Made by a program: the position numbers and the translations under genes. From an uncultured Campylobacter sp. (GTDB taxonomy: Bacteria > Campylobacterota > Campylobacteria > Campylobacterales > Campylobacteraceae), in the NCBI GenBank assembly GCA_963529235.1, contig CAURYE010000002.1, positions 76,167 through 140,166 on the forward strand: a stretch of DNA of 64,000 nucleotides, in the 5' to 3' direction. Below the pieces are notes generated by a model. That model did no database searches. It worked only from the letters and a program-made list of their open reading frames with translations, and was not told the origin of the DNA. Positions 38,819 to 48,378 of this stretch are shown here, one piece after another (position 1 is the stretch's first letter; the number at the start of each line of letters is the position of its first letter).

Positions 38819-39912
38819 CTTTTTCTCCTTTTAAAATTTGATCTTTTTATCCATAAGTAAATCCCCGAAACGCTAAGCGCAAGCGGAGCTAGCCCGCACA
38901 AAAACCAAAAAAATCTAGTCGCAGGGTTATAATCGCCGTAGTGAGCGCGCCTAAACGTCGATAAAAACTTGTCCGTTTTGCTTGCTAGCTCGATATCTTT
39001 TACGTCGATTAAATTTGCGCTGTTTTTATCGTAAGAAACGGTGCTTGAATACTGGCCATGGAGGAAGCTTTGACTCGGTTTTTGCCCGTAAAGCGTGATA
39101 TTTGCGCCCTCAAAAAACGGAAAACTAACGTAATGCGTCCTAAATCCGGGCATACCCGTGGCTGCTTTTTGCACGAGGGCGTCGATAGAGATATTTTTAT
39201 CGTAAATTTGCGGACCGATTACGAATTTAGAGTTATCAAAAGGCGGCATAAACATAAACCTAAGCTCCCACCAAGCCCCGCTAAGCGCGACCGCAAAGAT
39301 AACGGGCGCCGAAAAAACGCCGATAAATTTGTGTGAATCGCTCATAAAAACCGCCATTCGCGCAAACCGAAGGCGCAGCAAATTCGCCCAAAAATTTCGG
39401 TAAACGATAAAGCCGCTAATCGAAATAATAAAGGCAAAAATCGCCGTCACACCGAGTAAAATTTGACCGCTTTTTTCAAGGAGTAAATTTTCGTGAAGCT
39501 CGGTAATAACCCCGATAAATCCGCTATCGTGCGGCACGAGATCGCTTTTTATCTCTCCGCTAAAAGCGTCCAGATACACGCACGCCCACTCTTTTTCGCC
39601 CGCTCCGTGCTTTAACAGCCAAATTTTGTCCGTCTTTTGGGGATCTGCGTCGATATTCCAGCCTACGATCTCGTGATGCGGATACTCTTTTTCTATTTTT
39701 TCCCTTAACTCGTCAAATTTTAATCTACTTTTTTGCTCGTTTTCATCGCTATTTTTTGCGACATATATGACGCCAGGCATTAATAAATTATTTATCTCAT
39801 CTTTATAAACCAAAACCGAGCCCGTAAAACACGCGATAACTAATGGAATACAAAATATCAGTGAAGCGTAAGTATGAATTTTATACATAATATTTTTGCT
39901 AAATATATTCAC
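38815..39912 (-). CDS. PepSY-associated TM-helix protein (PiuB-like iron-regulated membrane protein)
   Basis: 365 aa with the PepSY_TM pattern (HTYASLIFCIPLVIACFTGSVLVY ... HYGDY ...). It overlaps the receptor gene by 4 nt. GTG start. Confidence 0.82.
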   Translation of the reverse strand: MNIFSKNIMYKIHTYASLIFCIPLVIACFTGSVLVYKDEINNLLMPGVIYVAKNSDENEQKSRLKFDELREKIEKEYPHHEIVGWNIDADPQKTDKIWLLKHGAGEKEWACVYLDAFSGEIKSDLVPHDSGFIGVITELHENLLLEKSGQILLGVTAIFAFIISISGFIVYRNFWANLLRLRFARMAVFMSDSHKFIGVFSAPVIFAVALSGAWWELRFMFMPPFDNSKFVIGPQIYDKNISIDALVQKAATGMPGFRTHYVSFPFFEGANITLYGQKPSQSFLHGQYSSTVSYDKNSANLIDVKDIELASKTDKFLSTFRRAHYGDYNPATRFFWFLCGLAPLALSVSGIYLWIKRSNFKRRKR

Positions 39913-39965
39913 GTTTAAAATTTATCCTTTTAAAATTTGCTTTAAATCGGCGCGGATTTTAGCAT

Positions 39966-39984
39966 TTTAATAATTAATAATTTC
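39966..39984 (-). promoter_or_regulatory. Fur-box-like AT-rich element upstream of the PepSY/TonB-receptor operon
   Basis: The minus strand reads GAAATTATTAATTATTAAA. By my hand alignment about 12 of 19 positions match the classical GATAATGATAATCATTATC box. It lies 55-70 nt upstream of the start codon. Confidence 0.3.
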
Positions 39985-40363
39985 TAAAACCGTTATCAAA
40001 ATATGGCTAATGATTTGCTAAAACGCTTTGAGATTAATTTAGCTAGCAAATTTAACCCTCCGCCGCGAGGCAAACAAACAGCCAAAACAGGCTAGTAAAT
40101 TTATACCCAAAAGCTCGGAAAAATCGGCCGAGCATGAACGAGTATATAAAAAAGACTTGCAAATTTAACTGCCGAGCAAAGCCGGCAAAAAAGGTTAAAT
40201 TAGACCGTAAGCAAAAGCGATTTTGACGCTTTAAATTTGAGTAAATTTTAAATAATATGCTCAAAAACCAAGCAAAATAAGCCTAGGCGCAATTTGGCTG
40301 AGCCGCAAAATTTAAGCGCAAATTTGATGCGAGCCTTGCCAAAAATAGGCCGAAATTTAAGCC

Positions 40364-43300
40364 CTAAATTTCCTCTCTTTTATAAATTTTACTTACAAAT
40401 TTATCTATCTTATACGCCGCGCCAAAGAGTGCCGGCACTACTAGCAGCGTTAGCAGCGTCGAGCTAATAAGCCCCGAAATGATCGAGATCGCCATCGGGG
40501 AGTTGCCCTCGTATCCGGCACCTCTGCTAAGAGCTAGCGGCAGCATAGCAAATATCATCGCAAAGGTAGTCATCAGTATCGCTCGCAGTCTTTTAACCCC
40601 CGCGCGCACGATGGCTTCGTTTAGCGGCGTGCCCTCGTTTGCGTATCGGTTGGCGAAATCCACGACCAAAATCGCGTTTTTACCCACCATACCGAAAAGC
40701 AAGATCGCGCCGACCATGACGAACAAACTAAAGGAGTTGCCGCTAAGATACAGCCCGACCGCCACGCCGCCAAACGCCAGCGGCATCGAGATCATGATGA
40801 TGATAGGCAGCACGAAGCTCTCGTAAAGCGCGGCCAGGATCATATAGATGAGCACGACGCTAAGGCTGATCGTAAATACAAAGGCCGCGTTCGTATCGTT
40901 CATCATCTCGATAAAGCCCGTCATCACGTAGTCAAAGCCCTCGGGCAAAATTTTACCGATATTTTCGTCGATGCCTTTTTGCACGGCACCAAGCGGGACG
41001 TTATCGACGTTTGCGACGATCCTGATCTGGCGCTGTTTGTTAAAGCGGTTTATCACGGAAAAGGTCTTATTCGTCTTAAACTCCGCCACTGCGCTTAGGC
41101 TTATACTCTCGCCGTGGGCATTTTTGATCTTTAGCTTTTGCAGCGCCTGCGCGTCCTTGCGGTACTCGTCGTCAAACCTCAGTATCATATCGTACTGCGC
41201 GTCGCCGTTGTCAAAGCTACCCAGCCTATTTTGCCCAAACGACGCGTATATCACCTGCGCGACCGCGCTAGGATCGACGTTTAGGCGTTTGGCTTTGTCT
41301 TTATTTACGCTAATTTGCAGCTCGTTTATCTTATCCTCGTTATCGCTGCCGACATCCGTCGTGCCCTCTATCGCGCGCACCATGGCGATGGCTTTAGGTA
41401 AAATTTCATCTAGCTTTTCTAAACTATCACCCGTGATCGTTAGCTGCACCGGCTCGCTGTCGCTGCCCGTATCGACGTAGGGTATCTGCAGGACTTTGAC
41501 GCTGAGATCTTCAAATTTAAGCTTCTTTCTATACTCGTCCATTATCTGCGTTTGGCGCTCTTTTCGCGACTCAAAGCCCTTTAAGCGGACGTAAATTTTA
41601 GCCTTATACGCGTCCTTTGAGTCCGTGTAACCGGCGATCATATAGGAGTACTCGACGCGCGGATCGCTATCTACGATGCGCACGACCTCGCCGGCTCTAG
41701 CGCTCATAGCCTCAACCGAGATGCCGGGGTTTGCCTTTAAAAATATCTCAAACTGTCCCTCGTCCTCGACGGGCAAAAAGTCCATACCGACCTTGCCCGC
41801 TAGGCTCATACAAAGAGCTAGCACGCCAAAAGTAAGGATAACAAACGCGGTTTTAAACCTCAAAATAAGCTTCAAAAGCCGCTCGTAACCGCTCTCAAGC
41901 GCCTCAAATATAGGCTCCGTAACGCGGTAAAATTTGCTCTCGCCCTCACTCAAAAACCTCGCCGCGAGGCTAGGTATCAGCATAATGCAAACCAAAAACG
42001 ACACCACGATACCGCCGCTCACGCTCATACCAAAGGAGTTAAAATACTGCCCGACGATGCCCTCCATAAAGGCAATCGGCACAAACACGCAAAGCAGCAC
42101 CGCGCTAATGCTAAGCACGCTAAAGGCTATCTCGCGCACGCCCTCAAAACTCGCTTTTAGCGGATTGCTCTCGCCCTCTTGCATCTTTTTGGAGATATTT
42201 TCTACGACCACGATCGCATCGTCGATAAATATACCGATACCAAGCGTGAGAGCCAGCAGCGTGAGGCGGTTTAGATCAAAGCCCAAAACGTCGATGATAA
42301 AAAACGTCCCCACGATACTAGCAGGTATCGCAAGCGCTGCGATGATAGTCGCGCTAAAGCTTCGCAAAAAGAAAAAGACGATGATGACGGTGAGCGCGAC
42401 GCCCAGCATCATGTCAAATTTGACCTGATTTATGTGCTTTAGGATGCTTTCGCTCTTCTCATAAACCCGCTCCACTTCGTAGTTCTCGCCCAGCCTTGCA
42501 GCTAGTTCGCCCGTTTTAGCCTTGAGCGCGTTTACCGTCTCGATAGTGTTTGCGCCGCTTACTTTTATAGCGTCAAGCAGCACTCCGCGCTTGCCGTTAT
42601 ATATAGCTACTGCGTCGGTGTCGTGATGAGATAGCTCCACGCGCGCGACGTCTTTTAAAAACACGTCCTTTTGCAGGCGGATATCCTCTAGCTCGCGCAC
42701 GCTTTTAGCGTCGAATTCGCTCTTTAAAAATATCTCGAATTCGCTATTTTCCAGCTTACCCAGCGGAGCTTTTAAATTTTGCGATTTGATTATATTTATG
42801 ACCGAAGCCGCAGTTAGGGCGTATTTATCGAGTTTAAACGGATCAAGGTAAATTTTGATCTCAGGCTCCAAAAAGCCCTTGTCATCGACCTTGCCAACGC
42901 CTTTTACGCGCTGCAAAAACGGCTTTGCCTCGTCTTTGACCGCCTGCATAAGCGCGGTTAAATTTTCGTCCTTGCGGCTAACGAAAAAGCTCGCCACCTT
43001 GCCGCTGTCGCTGTTAATTTTCTCTATCTCGGGCTGGGCGTCGAGCTTTGCCTTTGCGACCTTGTCGCGCACGTCGTTCGCGGCGACGTCGATGTTTTTC
43101 TTGAGATTAAACTCGACCAAAACGATGCTGAGGTTGTTAAATGTATACGATCTAATCTTTTTGATACCGTCTATCGTAGAGACCTCGTCCTCGATCTTTT
43201 TAGTGACCCTGCTCTCGATGAGGCTCATGTCGCCCGGCGCGTAGGTCGTGATCTTAACCAGCGGGATGACGACCTCGGGAAAGAGATTTACCGGCATCCT

Positions 43301-43384
43301 AAAAAGCGACATCGCTCCGAAAAATACGAGCGCTACGAAAAACATCAGCGTCGTAATCGGGCGATTTATGGCTAGTTTATACAT
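40364..43384 (-). CDS. RND efflux pump inner-membrane permease (AcrB/HAE family)
   Basis: 1006 aa with twelve-TM, two-large-loop RND architecture. N-terminus MYKLAINRPITTLMFFVALVFFG. It overlaps the adaptor gene by 8 nt. Confidence 0.95.
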   Translation of the reverse strand: MYKLAINRPITTLMFFVALVFFGAMSLFRMPVNLFPEVVIPLVKITTYAPGDMSLIESRVTKKIEDEVSTIDGIKKIRSYTFNNLSIVLVEFNLKKNIDVAANDVRDKVAKAKLDAQPEIEKINSDSGKVASFFVSRKDENLTALMQAVKDEAKPFLQRVKGVGKVDDKGFLEPEIKIYLDPFKLDKYALTAASVINIIKSQNLKAPLGKLENSEFEIFLKSEFDAKSVRELEDIRLQKDVFLKDVARVELSHHDTDAVAIYNGKRGVLLDAIKVSGANTIETVNALKAKTGELAARLGENYEVERVYEKSESILKHINQVKFDMMLGVALTVIIVFFFLRSFSATIIAALAIPASIVGTFFIIDVLGFDLNRLTLLALTLGIGIFIDDAIVVVENISKKMQEGESNPLKASFEGVREIAFSVLSISAVLLCVFVPIAFMEGIVGQYFNSFGMSVSGGIVVSFLVCIMLIPSLAARFLSEGESKFYRVTEPIFEALESGYERLLKLILRFKTAFVILTFGVLALCMSLAGKVGMDFLPVEDEGQFEIFLKANPGISVEAMSARAGEVVRIVDSDPRVEYSYMIAGYTDSKDAYKAKIYVRLKGFESRKERQTQIMDEYRKKLKFEDLSVKVLQIPYVDTGSDSEPVQLTITGDSLEKLDEILPKAIAMVRAIEGTTDVGSDNEDKINELQISVNKDKAKRLNVDPSAVAQVIYASFGQNRLGSFDNGDAQYDMILRFDDEYRKDAQALQKLKIKNAHGESISLSAVAEFKTNKTFSVINRFNKQRQIRIVANVDNVPLGAVQKGIDENIGKILPEGFDYVMTGFIEMMNDTNAAFVFTISLSVVLIYMILAALYESFVLPIIIMISMPLAFGGVAVGLYLSGNSFSLFVMVGAILLFGMVGKNAILVVDFANRYANEGTPLNEAIVRAGVKRLRAILMTTFAMIFAMLPLALSRGAGYEGNSPMAISIISGLISSTLLTLLVVPALFGAAYKIDKFVSKIYKREEI

Positions 43385-44540
43385 TTCGCGCCTTCGCTAA
43401 AACGGGCTTTTGCGGCAACTTTACCAGACCGCCCTGCCCCGCAAAAAATGTTTGGCGTTTAGCGGCTAGTAAAATTTGCGCCGAGCCAAATTCTGCATTT
43501 AAATTTATGCCGCCTTTTTTATGCGACAAATTTGGCGCACACGTCAAATTTGCATTTTTCGCGGCGGAGTCAAATTTAACGCCGCACACAGAAATTGAGT
43601 TTAAATTTATCTCGCTTTTCGTTTGCGCCGTCAAATTTAAAAACCTAGCCATACCGAAGCTAGTTTTTTTATCGTCAAATTTCGCGCCTGCTAGCCCATC
43701 GTTTTTCAAGCCTTCAAATTTAAGCCCAAATGTTTTATTTTCGTCCTTGTTTTTAGGCTCGGCAGCCTTTTTATCGCTCGTTGCGTCCCCGTCCTGCGCG
43801 ACGGAAACGATATATCCCTCGCCAAAAAGCCCCGGCATCAAATTTCGCGCCTGCACTTCGGCGTAAATTTTGCCGTTTTTCGTGTCGATAGTCGGGTAGA
43901 TGAGGCTGATTTTGCCGCGTCTTTCCTCGTTTTGGCCGTCTAGTTTATAGATAAATTCGCTGCCGATTTTTACGCGGTCTTTAAATTTTTCATCAAAGCT
44001 AAGTTTGAGCTTCACGTCCGGATAGGAAAAAATCGACATCAGCTTTTGCGCTACGCCGCCCACGCCCTCGCCGACCTCGATGCTCTTGCCTGATATGGTC
44101 CCGCTAAAAGGCGCTAGCAGCCTCGTATCCTCAAGTCTTTTTTGCGCCAAATTTAGCGCCAGATGCGCCCTGTTTTCGGCTAGTGCTGCGTTTTTGAAAT
44201 CAAACTCCGCATTTTCAAAAGCCTGCTTCGAGCTCACGCTTTGAACGAGCTTAAATTTATCCAGCACGCTTTTTGCGTGGGCTTTTGCCGTCTGTGCGCT
44301 CTCTAGGTCGTTTTGAGCGAGCTTTACGGCTAGCTTTTCGCTCTCGTTTTCAAGCTCGAGCAGCACGTCGCCGCGCTTTACCGCGGAGCCGATTTCTACG
44401 TTTACGCTCTTTACGATACCGACGGCTTTTAGCGCGAGCTGCGCGTCTTTTGCGGGCGCGACGTCAAAGCTCGCGTAGATCCTATCCTGGGCACAAAGCG
44501 CAACCGCCGCGCTCAGTAAAAAAAGTAAAATTTTATTCAT
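43377..44540 (-). CDS. RND periplasmic adaptor (MFP/HlyD family) with atypical AAATTT-laden C-terminal ~140 aa
   Basis: Signal peptide, then lipoyl, hairpin and beta-barrel regions over roughly the first 245 aa. The remainder is low-complexity and rich in KF and NL dipeptides. Confidence 0.82.
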   Translation of the reverse strand: MNKILLFLLSAAVALCAQDRIYASFDVAPAKDAQLALKAVGIVKSVNVEIGSAVKRGDVLLELENESEKLAVKLAQNDLESAQTAKAHAKSVLDKFKLVQSVSSKQAFENAEFDFKNAALAENRAHLALNLAQKRLEDTRLLAPFSGTISGKSIEVGEGVGGVAQKLMSIFSYPDVKLKLSFDEKFKDRVKIGSEFIYKLDGQNEERRGKISLIYPTIDTKNGKIYAEVQARNLMPGLFGEGYIVSVAQDGDATSDKKAAEPKNKDENKTFGLKFEGLKNDGLAGAKFDDKKTSFGMARFLNLTAQTKSEINLNSISVCGVKFDSAAKNANLTCAPNLSHKKGGINLNAEFGSAQILLAAKRQTFFAGQGGLVKLPQKPVLAKARNV

Positions 44541-45853
44541 TTGCGCTCCGTTTTTTTGATATTTTCGACGATTTTACCGCCGCGCTCATATAGATACTCC
44601 GCCTTTTTGATCTCAAATTTACTCTTGCTTAGCTCCAGCGCGCTGCCTGCGCTAAAGCTCTGCGCGGTCGCGTTTAAAAACTCCACGTACCCTAGCAGCC
44701 CGGCTTCATACTTTTTGCTAACGGCATTTAGCGAGGTTTGCGCCGAGTTTAGCGCGCTTTTACCTGCGGCGATCTTTTGCTCGAGCGTCTTTAGGTCGTT
44801 TTTGATATTTGCTAAATTTAGCTCGTTTTGCAATCGCTTTTGATCCAGATTTAACTTCGCTTGCAGCGCGCTAATGCGCTTTATCTCGCGCCGCTTTTTG
44901 TTTGCGCCAAAATCAAACGCCTTCCAGCTAAAGCCCAAAATCAGCTCGTTGGTGTTTAAATTCGGCTTAAAAAAGTCGTCAAAATACGGCTCCAGCGCGC
45001 TTCTATACTGCGCTGGCAGCAAGTTTCTATCGTAATGCGTGCGCATAAAAGTGTAGGTGTTTTTGATAAAAATTTGCGGATTTGCCTCGGACGCGGTTAT
45101 CTTTTCGTCCTCCAAAGCGGCGGCAAAATTTAGCCTAAGCGCCTCGAGTTCGGGCTTTTCGCCTTTTTGCGGCGCGAAGTCCTCATTAGCAAACGCGATC
45201 CTAGAGCCCGCCACAGGCTCGATATCTCTGCCAGTTAGCGCGTAAATTTGATTTTTTATCTCGTTTTGATTTTGCGTGATTTCGAGGCGTTCGGCGAGCG
45301 CCATGGCGTATCTAGCATTTATCGCTTCATACTCGCTCTCGTCGCTAAGCCCCGCGCGGTAGTATTTTTCCAGCCTATTTAGCGCGTTTTTTAGGTAGTT
45401 TATCTCGCTCTCTTTTGCCAGTGCGAGCTCGCCCAGCGACAAAAAGCCAAAATAAAGCTTAGCCATGTTAAACGCAAGCAGGTTTTGATACTCCTCATTT
45501 TTTAAAATTTCAGCCGCGCTAAGGTACGAAAGCGAGCTTAGCAGAGCCTCGCGCTTGCCGCCGTCATAAACGGCAAGCTCCAAAATCGCCCTTGCCGTGG
45601 CGGCTCTTTGCGGGCGCAGTACGTTTATGTCGCCGCTTAAAAAGCTGTATCCGCCCTCAACCGTGAGGTTTGGCATATACGCACTCTTTACGGCATCTTT
45701 TTGCAGCTGCGCTTTTTGCGGTTCGTAGTTTGAAATTTGAGCTAAATTTGAGCTCTGCGCGGCCAAAATCAGCTCGGGCAAATTCCCCTCAAATTTAACC
45801 TCCGAACCGACTAAAAAAACGCAAAAACTCAAAAAAATATAAATTTTTTTCAT
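44537..45853 (-). CDS. TolC-family outer-membrane efflux protein
   Basis: 438 aa with signal peptide and two OEP repeats. It is the first gene of the OMF-MFP-RND operon and has a 4-nt overlap with the adaptor gene. Confidence 0.85.
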   Translation of the reverse strand: MKKIYIFLSFCVFLVGSEVKFEGNLPELILAAQSSNLAQISNYEPQKAQLQKDAVKSAYMPNLTVEGGYSFLSGDINVLRPQRAATARAILELAVYDGGKREALLSSLSYLSAAEILKNEEYQNLLAFNMAKLYFGFLSLGELALAKESEINYLKNALNRLEKYYRAGLSDESEYEAINARYAMALAERLEITQNQNEIKNQIYALTGRDIEPVAGSRIAFANEDFAPQKGEKPELEALRLNFAAALEDEKITASEANPQIFIKNTYTFMRTHYDRNLLPAQYRSALEPYFDDFFKPNLNTNELILGFSWKAFDFGANKKRREIKRISALQAKLNLDQKRLQNELNLANIKNDLKTLEQKIAAGKSALNSAQTSLNAVSKKYEAGLLGYVEFLNATAQSFSAGSALELSKSKFEIKKAEYLYERGGKIVENIKKTERK

Positions 45854-45994
45854 CTAAACCCTTCCCTGTTAGCTCTGGGCGGCGCGGGCTAAATTTGAGC
45901 AGGTTTGCCCGCCCGGGGCCTGGCGCCGTAGGTAAAATAAAATGAAAATTTAAGCGGCGCGCGGAGCATTTTTAAGATTATAGCGATAAAAAAC

Positions 45995-46735
45995 CTAATG
46001 AAAGCTTTTAACGAGGTTCATGACGAGCAAATTCCACCCGTCAACGAGCACGAAAATAAGCAGCTTAAACGGCAGTGAAATCATCGTCGGCGGCAGCATC
46101 ATCATACCCATCGCCATGAGCACGGAGCTAACGACCATATCGATGACCAAAAACGGCAGATAGAGCAAAAATGCTATCTCAAACGCCGTTTTCATCTCGC
46201 TAATCATAAACGCGCTCATCACTACCGTAAGCGGAATATCGTCAAAGCTTTGCGGGTTTGGCATATTTCTGATGCGTAAAAATAGCGCCAGATCCTTCTC
46301 TCGCGTATTTTTTATCATAAACTCGCGAAACGGCTTCACGCCGCGCTCAAAGGCCTCTTGATAGCCGATTTGCTCGCTTAGATAGGGTTGTACGCCCGCT
46401 TCATAGGCTTTCTTGCCTACAGGCTCCATGATAAAAAACGTAAGCACCATCGCAAGGCTAATAAGCACCGTAGAGGGCGGCATCTGCTGCGTACCCATCG
46501 CCTGTCGCAAGAACGAAAAAACGATAATGAGCCGCAAAAAGCTAGTCATCATAAAAATGAGCGAAGGAGCGAGCGTGAGGACGGTTAGGACTAGTAGGAC
46601 ATTTAGCGAGCTAACTAGCTGAGTGGGCGTAGTTGGCGCGCTCAGGCTGAGATTTACGGTCGGGATCGTGACATTATCCTCGCCGATCGCGACCGCCGCA
46701 AAGATAAAAAACAGCAAAAACGTCAGTTTTTTCAA
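45995..46735 (-). CDS. fliP: flagellar type III export apparatus protein FliP
   Basis: 246 aa with a cleavable signal and conserved FliP blocks (FLRLIIVFSFLRQAMGTQQMPP ... FLLYLPFLVIDMVVSSVLMAMGMMMLPP). Confidence 0.95.
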   Translation of the reverse strand: MKKLTFLLFFIFAAVAIGEDNVTIPTVNLSLSAPTTPTQLVSSLNVLLVLTVLTLAPSLIFMMTSFLRLIIVFSFLRQAMGTQQMPPSTVLISLAMVLTFFIMEPVGKKAYEAGVQPYLSEQIGYQEAFERGVKPFREFMIKNTREKDLALFLRIRNMPNPQSFDDIPLTVVMSAFMISEMKTAFEIAFLLYLPFLVIDMVVSSVLMAMGMMMLPPTMISLPFKLLIFVLVDGWNLLVMNLVKSFH

Positions 46736-46737
46736 AT

Positions 46738-47508
46738 TTACTCCTGCGCGTCCAGTATGCTTTTTTGCGTTTTGGCTTTGTCGTCTAAATTTAACGAAAC
46801 AAAGTGGATCTCGACCCTGCGGTTTTTCTCCCTGCCCTGCTCGGTGAAATTTGTCGCAAACGGCTCAAATTCGGCCTTTGCGGACGCGGTTAGCTTTTTA
46901 GGATCGACGCCGTCTTTGATGAGCTCGCCAACTACGCTAATAGCTCTAGCCGACGATAGCTGCCAGTTGTCTTTAAACTCGCTAGAGCCCGGCTGCTCGC
47001 TGTCAGTATGCCCGATCACATTTGCTACGACGTCCGGGGGTAGCTTGGCTATCACCATCGCGATACGTTTTAAAAACAGTAGCGCATCGTCGTTTTGCAG
47101 CTTGGCGCTATCTTTTGCAAAGAGTAAATTTGCGGGCAGTCTAATCACAAATCCGCTCTCGCTCTCCTCAAACGTGATTTCAGGCGAGCCGCTAGCGTGC
47201 AAAAGCTCGTTGATAGAGCGCAGCGTCTGCTCGAAATTCGACTTCACGCCCGTGCGTTCTTTGTTTGAGGTGGCATGGTCGTCTTGATTTTGCTCGGCGC
47301 TCACATCAGGCTTTGCGCCGCCCTCAAGCACACCTAGCGCTCCGTTTAGCGAGCCGATCGCGGCCTCTAACTTCTTTGCGTCCATCGTACTCATCGAAAG
47401 AAGCAGTACGAAAAAGCAAAGCAAAAGCGACATCAAGTCGCCAAACGCCGCAAGCCACTCGGGCAAGCATTTGGGGCAGTCGCTTGGATCGATTAACTTT
47501 TTAGCCAT
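46738..47508 (-). CDS. motB: flagellar motor stator protein MotB (OmpA-like C-terminal domain)
   Basis: N-terminal plug/TM with AFGDLMSLLLCFFVLLL, and a C-terminal peptidoglycan-binding OmpA domain (GHTDS ... NWQLSSARA ... NRRVEI). Confidence 0.9.
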   Translation of the reverse strand: MAKKLIDPSDCPKCLPEWLAAFGDLMSLLLCFFVLLLSMSTMDAKKLEAAIGSLNGALGVLEGGAKPDVSAEQNQDDHATSNKERTGVKSNFEQTLRSINELLHASGSPEITFEESESGFVIRLPANLLFAKDSAKLQNDDALLFLKRIAMVIAKLPPDVVANVIGHTDSEQPGSSEFKDNWQLSSARAISVVGELIKDGVDPKKLTASAKAEFEPFATNFTEQGREKNRRVEIHFVSLNLDDKAKTQKSILDAQE

Positions 47509-47513
47509 TTTTT

Positions 47514-48281
47514 CTACTTATCAAACTGACTAACGCGGTCTTTAGGCGGCAAAAACGATAGCAGCTTCATCTCGAGCGTCCTAGGATTATCGCCAGCTTG
47601 GATAGCCATTATACCCTCTAGCATCAGCACCTTTGCCGTGCCTTCGTCCTTGTCGCGGATACTTAGGATGTTTGCCACTGGCGAGCCAAGGATGTTTCCT
47701 ATCATCGCTCCGTAAAGGGTCGTGATAAGAGCGACCGCCATCGACGGACCGATAGCCGAAGGATCGGACATGTTCATAAGCATCGCAACCAGGCCGATGA
47801 GCGTACCGATCATGCCCATCGAGCCCGCAAAACCCGCGATTTGTTCGAAAATTTTGATATTATCGCCGTGCCTCGAGCTAGCCTGCTCCATATCTATCTC
47901 AAGCAGCGATCTGATGGCGTCCGGTTCGTTGCCGTCAACCGCCATAGATAAACCTTTTTTTAGAAACGGATCGGTTTCGTTATTTGCGTCGCTCTCAAGT
48001 GCCAAAATACCGTCGCGGCGGGCTTTAGTGGAGTACTCGACCATTTTTTTTACGATTTCGGGCAGATTATAGGTTTTAGGTTTTGCGGCAATACCGTAAA
48101 ACGTGCCTAGCTTTTTTATCTGCTCCATCTTAAAGCCGATCATCAAAGCGCAAATTGTACCGCCAAAAACGATCAAAACCGAGGGAATATCGATATAAGC
48201 TCCGATTCCGACGCCCATTTGCATCGAACCGAGCAAAAGCACCATAACAACTATCCAACCGACGACGCTACCTAAATCCAT
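47514..48281 (-). CDS. motA: flagellar motor stator protein MotA
   Basis: MotA/TolQ/ExbB family pattern, 255 aa, directly upstream of motB. Confidence 0.92.
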   Translation of the reverse strand: MDLGSVVGWIVVMVLLLGSMQMGVGIGAYIDIPSVLIVFGGTICALMIGFKMEQIKKLGTFYGIAAKPKTYNLPEIVKKMVEYSTKARRDGILALESDANNETDPFLKKGLSMAVDGNEPDAIRSLLEIDMEQASSRHGDNIKIFEQIAGFAGSMGMIGTLIGLVAMLMNMSDPSAIGPSMAVALITTLYGAMIGNILGSPVANILSIRDKDEGTAKVLMLEGIMAIQAGDNPRTLEMKLLSFLPPKDRVSQFDK

Positions 48282-48362
48282 CTTGAACTTTCCACCTATA
48301 AAATTTGGTTTGTATTTTAGTTTTTTTTAGTTGAAAAAACAGTTAAACTCAGGCTAGCTCTT

Positions 48363-48378
48363 TGCAAAATACGTTCCA
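48363..48378 (-). promoter_or_regulatory. sigma-54 (RpoN) type promoter upstream of motA
   Basis: The minus strand reads TGGAACGTATTTTGCA, which is GG-N10-GC with the TTGGAAC/TTGC flavour of epsilonproteobacterial sigma-54 promoters. It lies about 80 nt upstream of the motA ATG. Confidence 0.5.

Noticed and set aside
40052-40264. 70-aa minus-strand ORF in the spacer between the RND operon and the PepSY/TonB-receptor operon
   Set aside because: It lies in AAATTT-rich non-coding-style DNA, and it has no SD and no recognisable family. It is probably a chance ORF.
45870-45925. GC-rich imperfect inverted repeat (GGGCGGCGCGGGC ... GCCCGCCCGG) between fliP and the TolC-family gene as a terminator
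   Set aside because: The pairing is irregular and there is no U-tract on the minus strand, so it is not reported as a feature.
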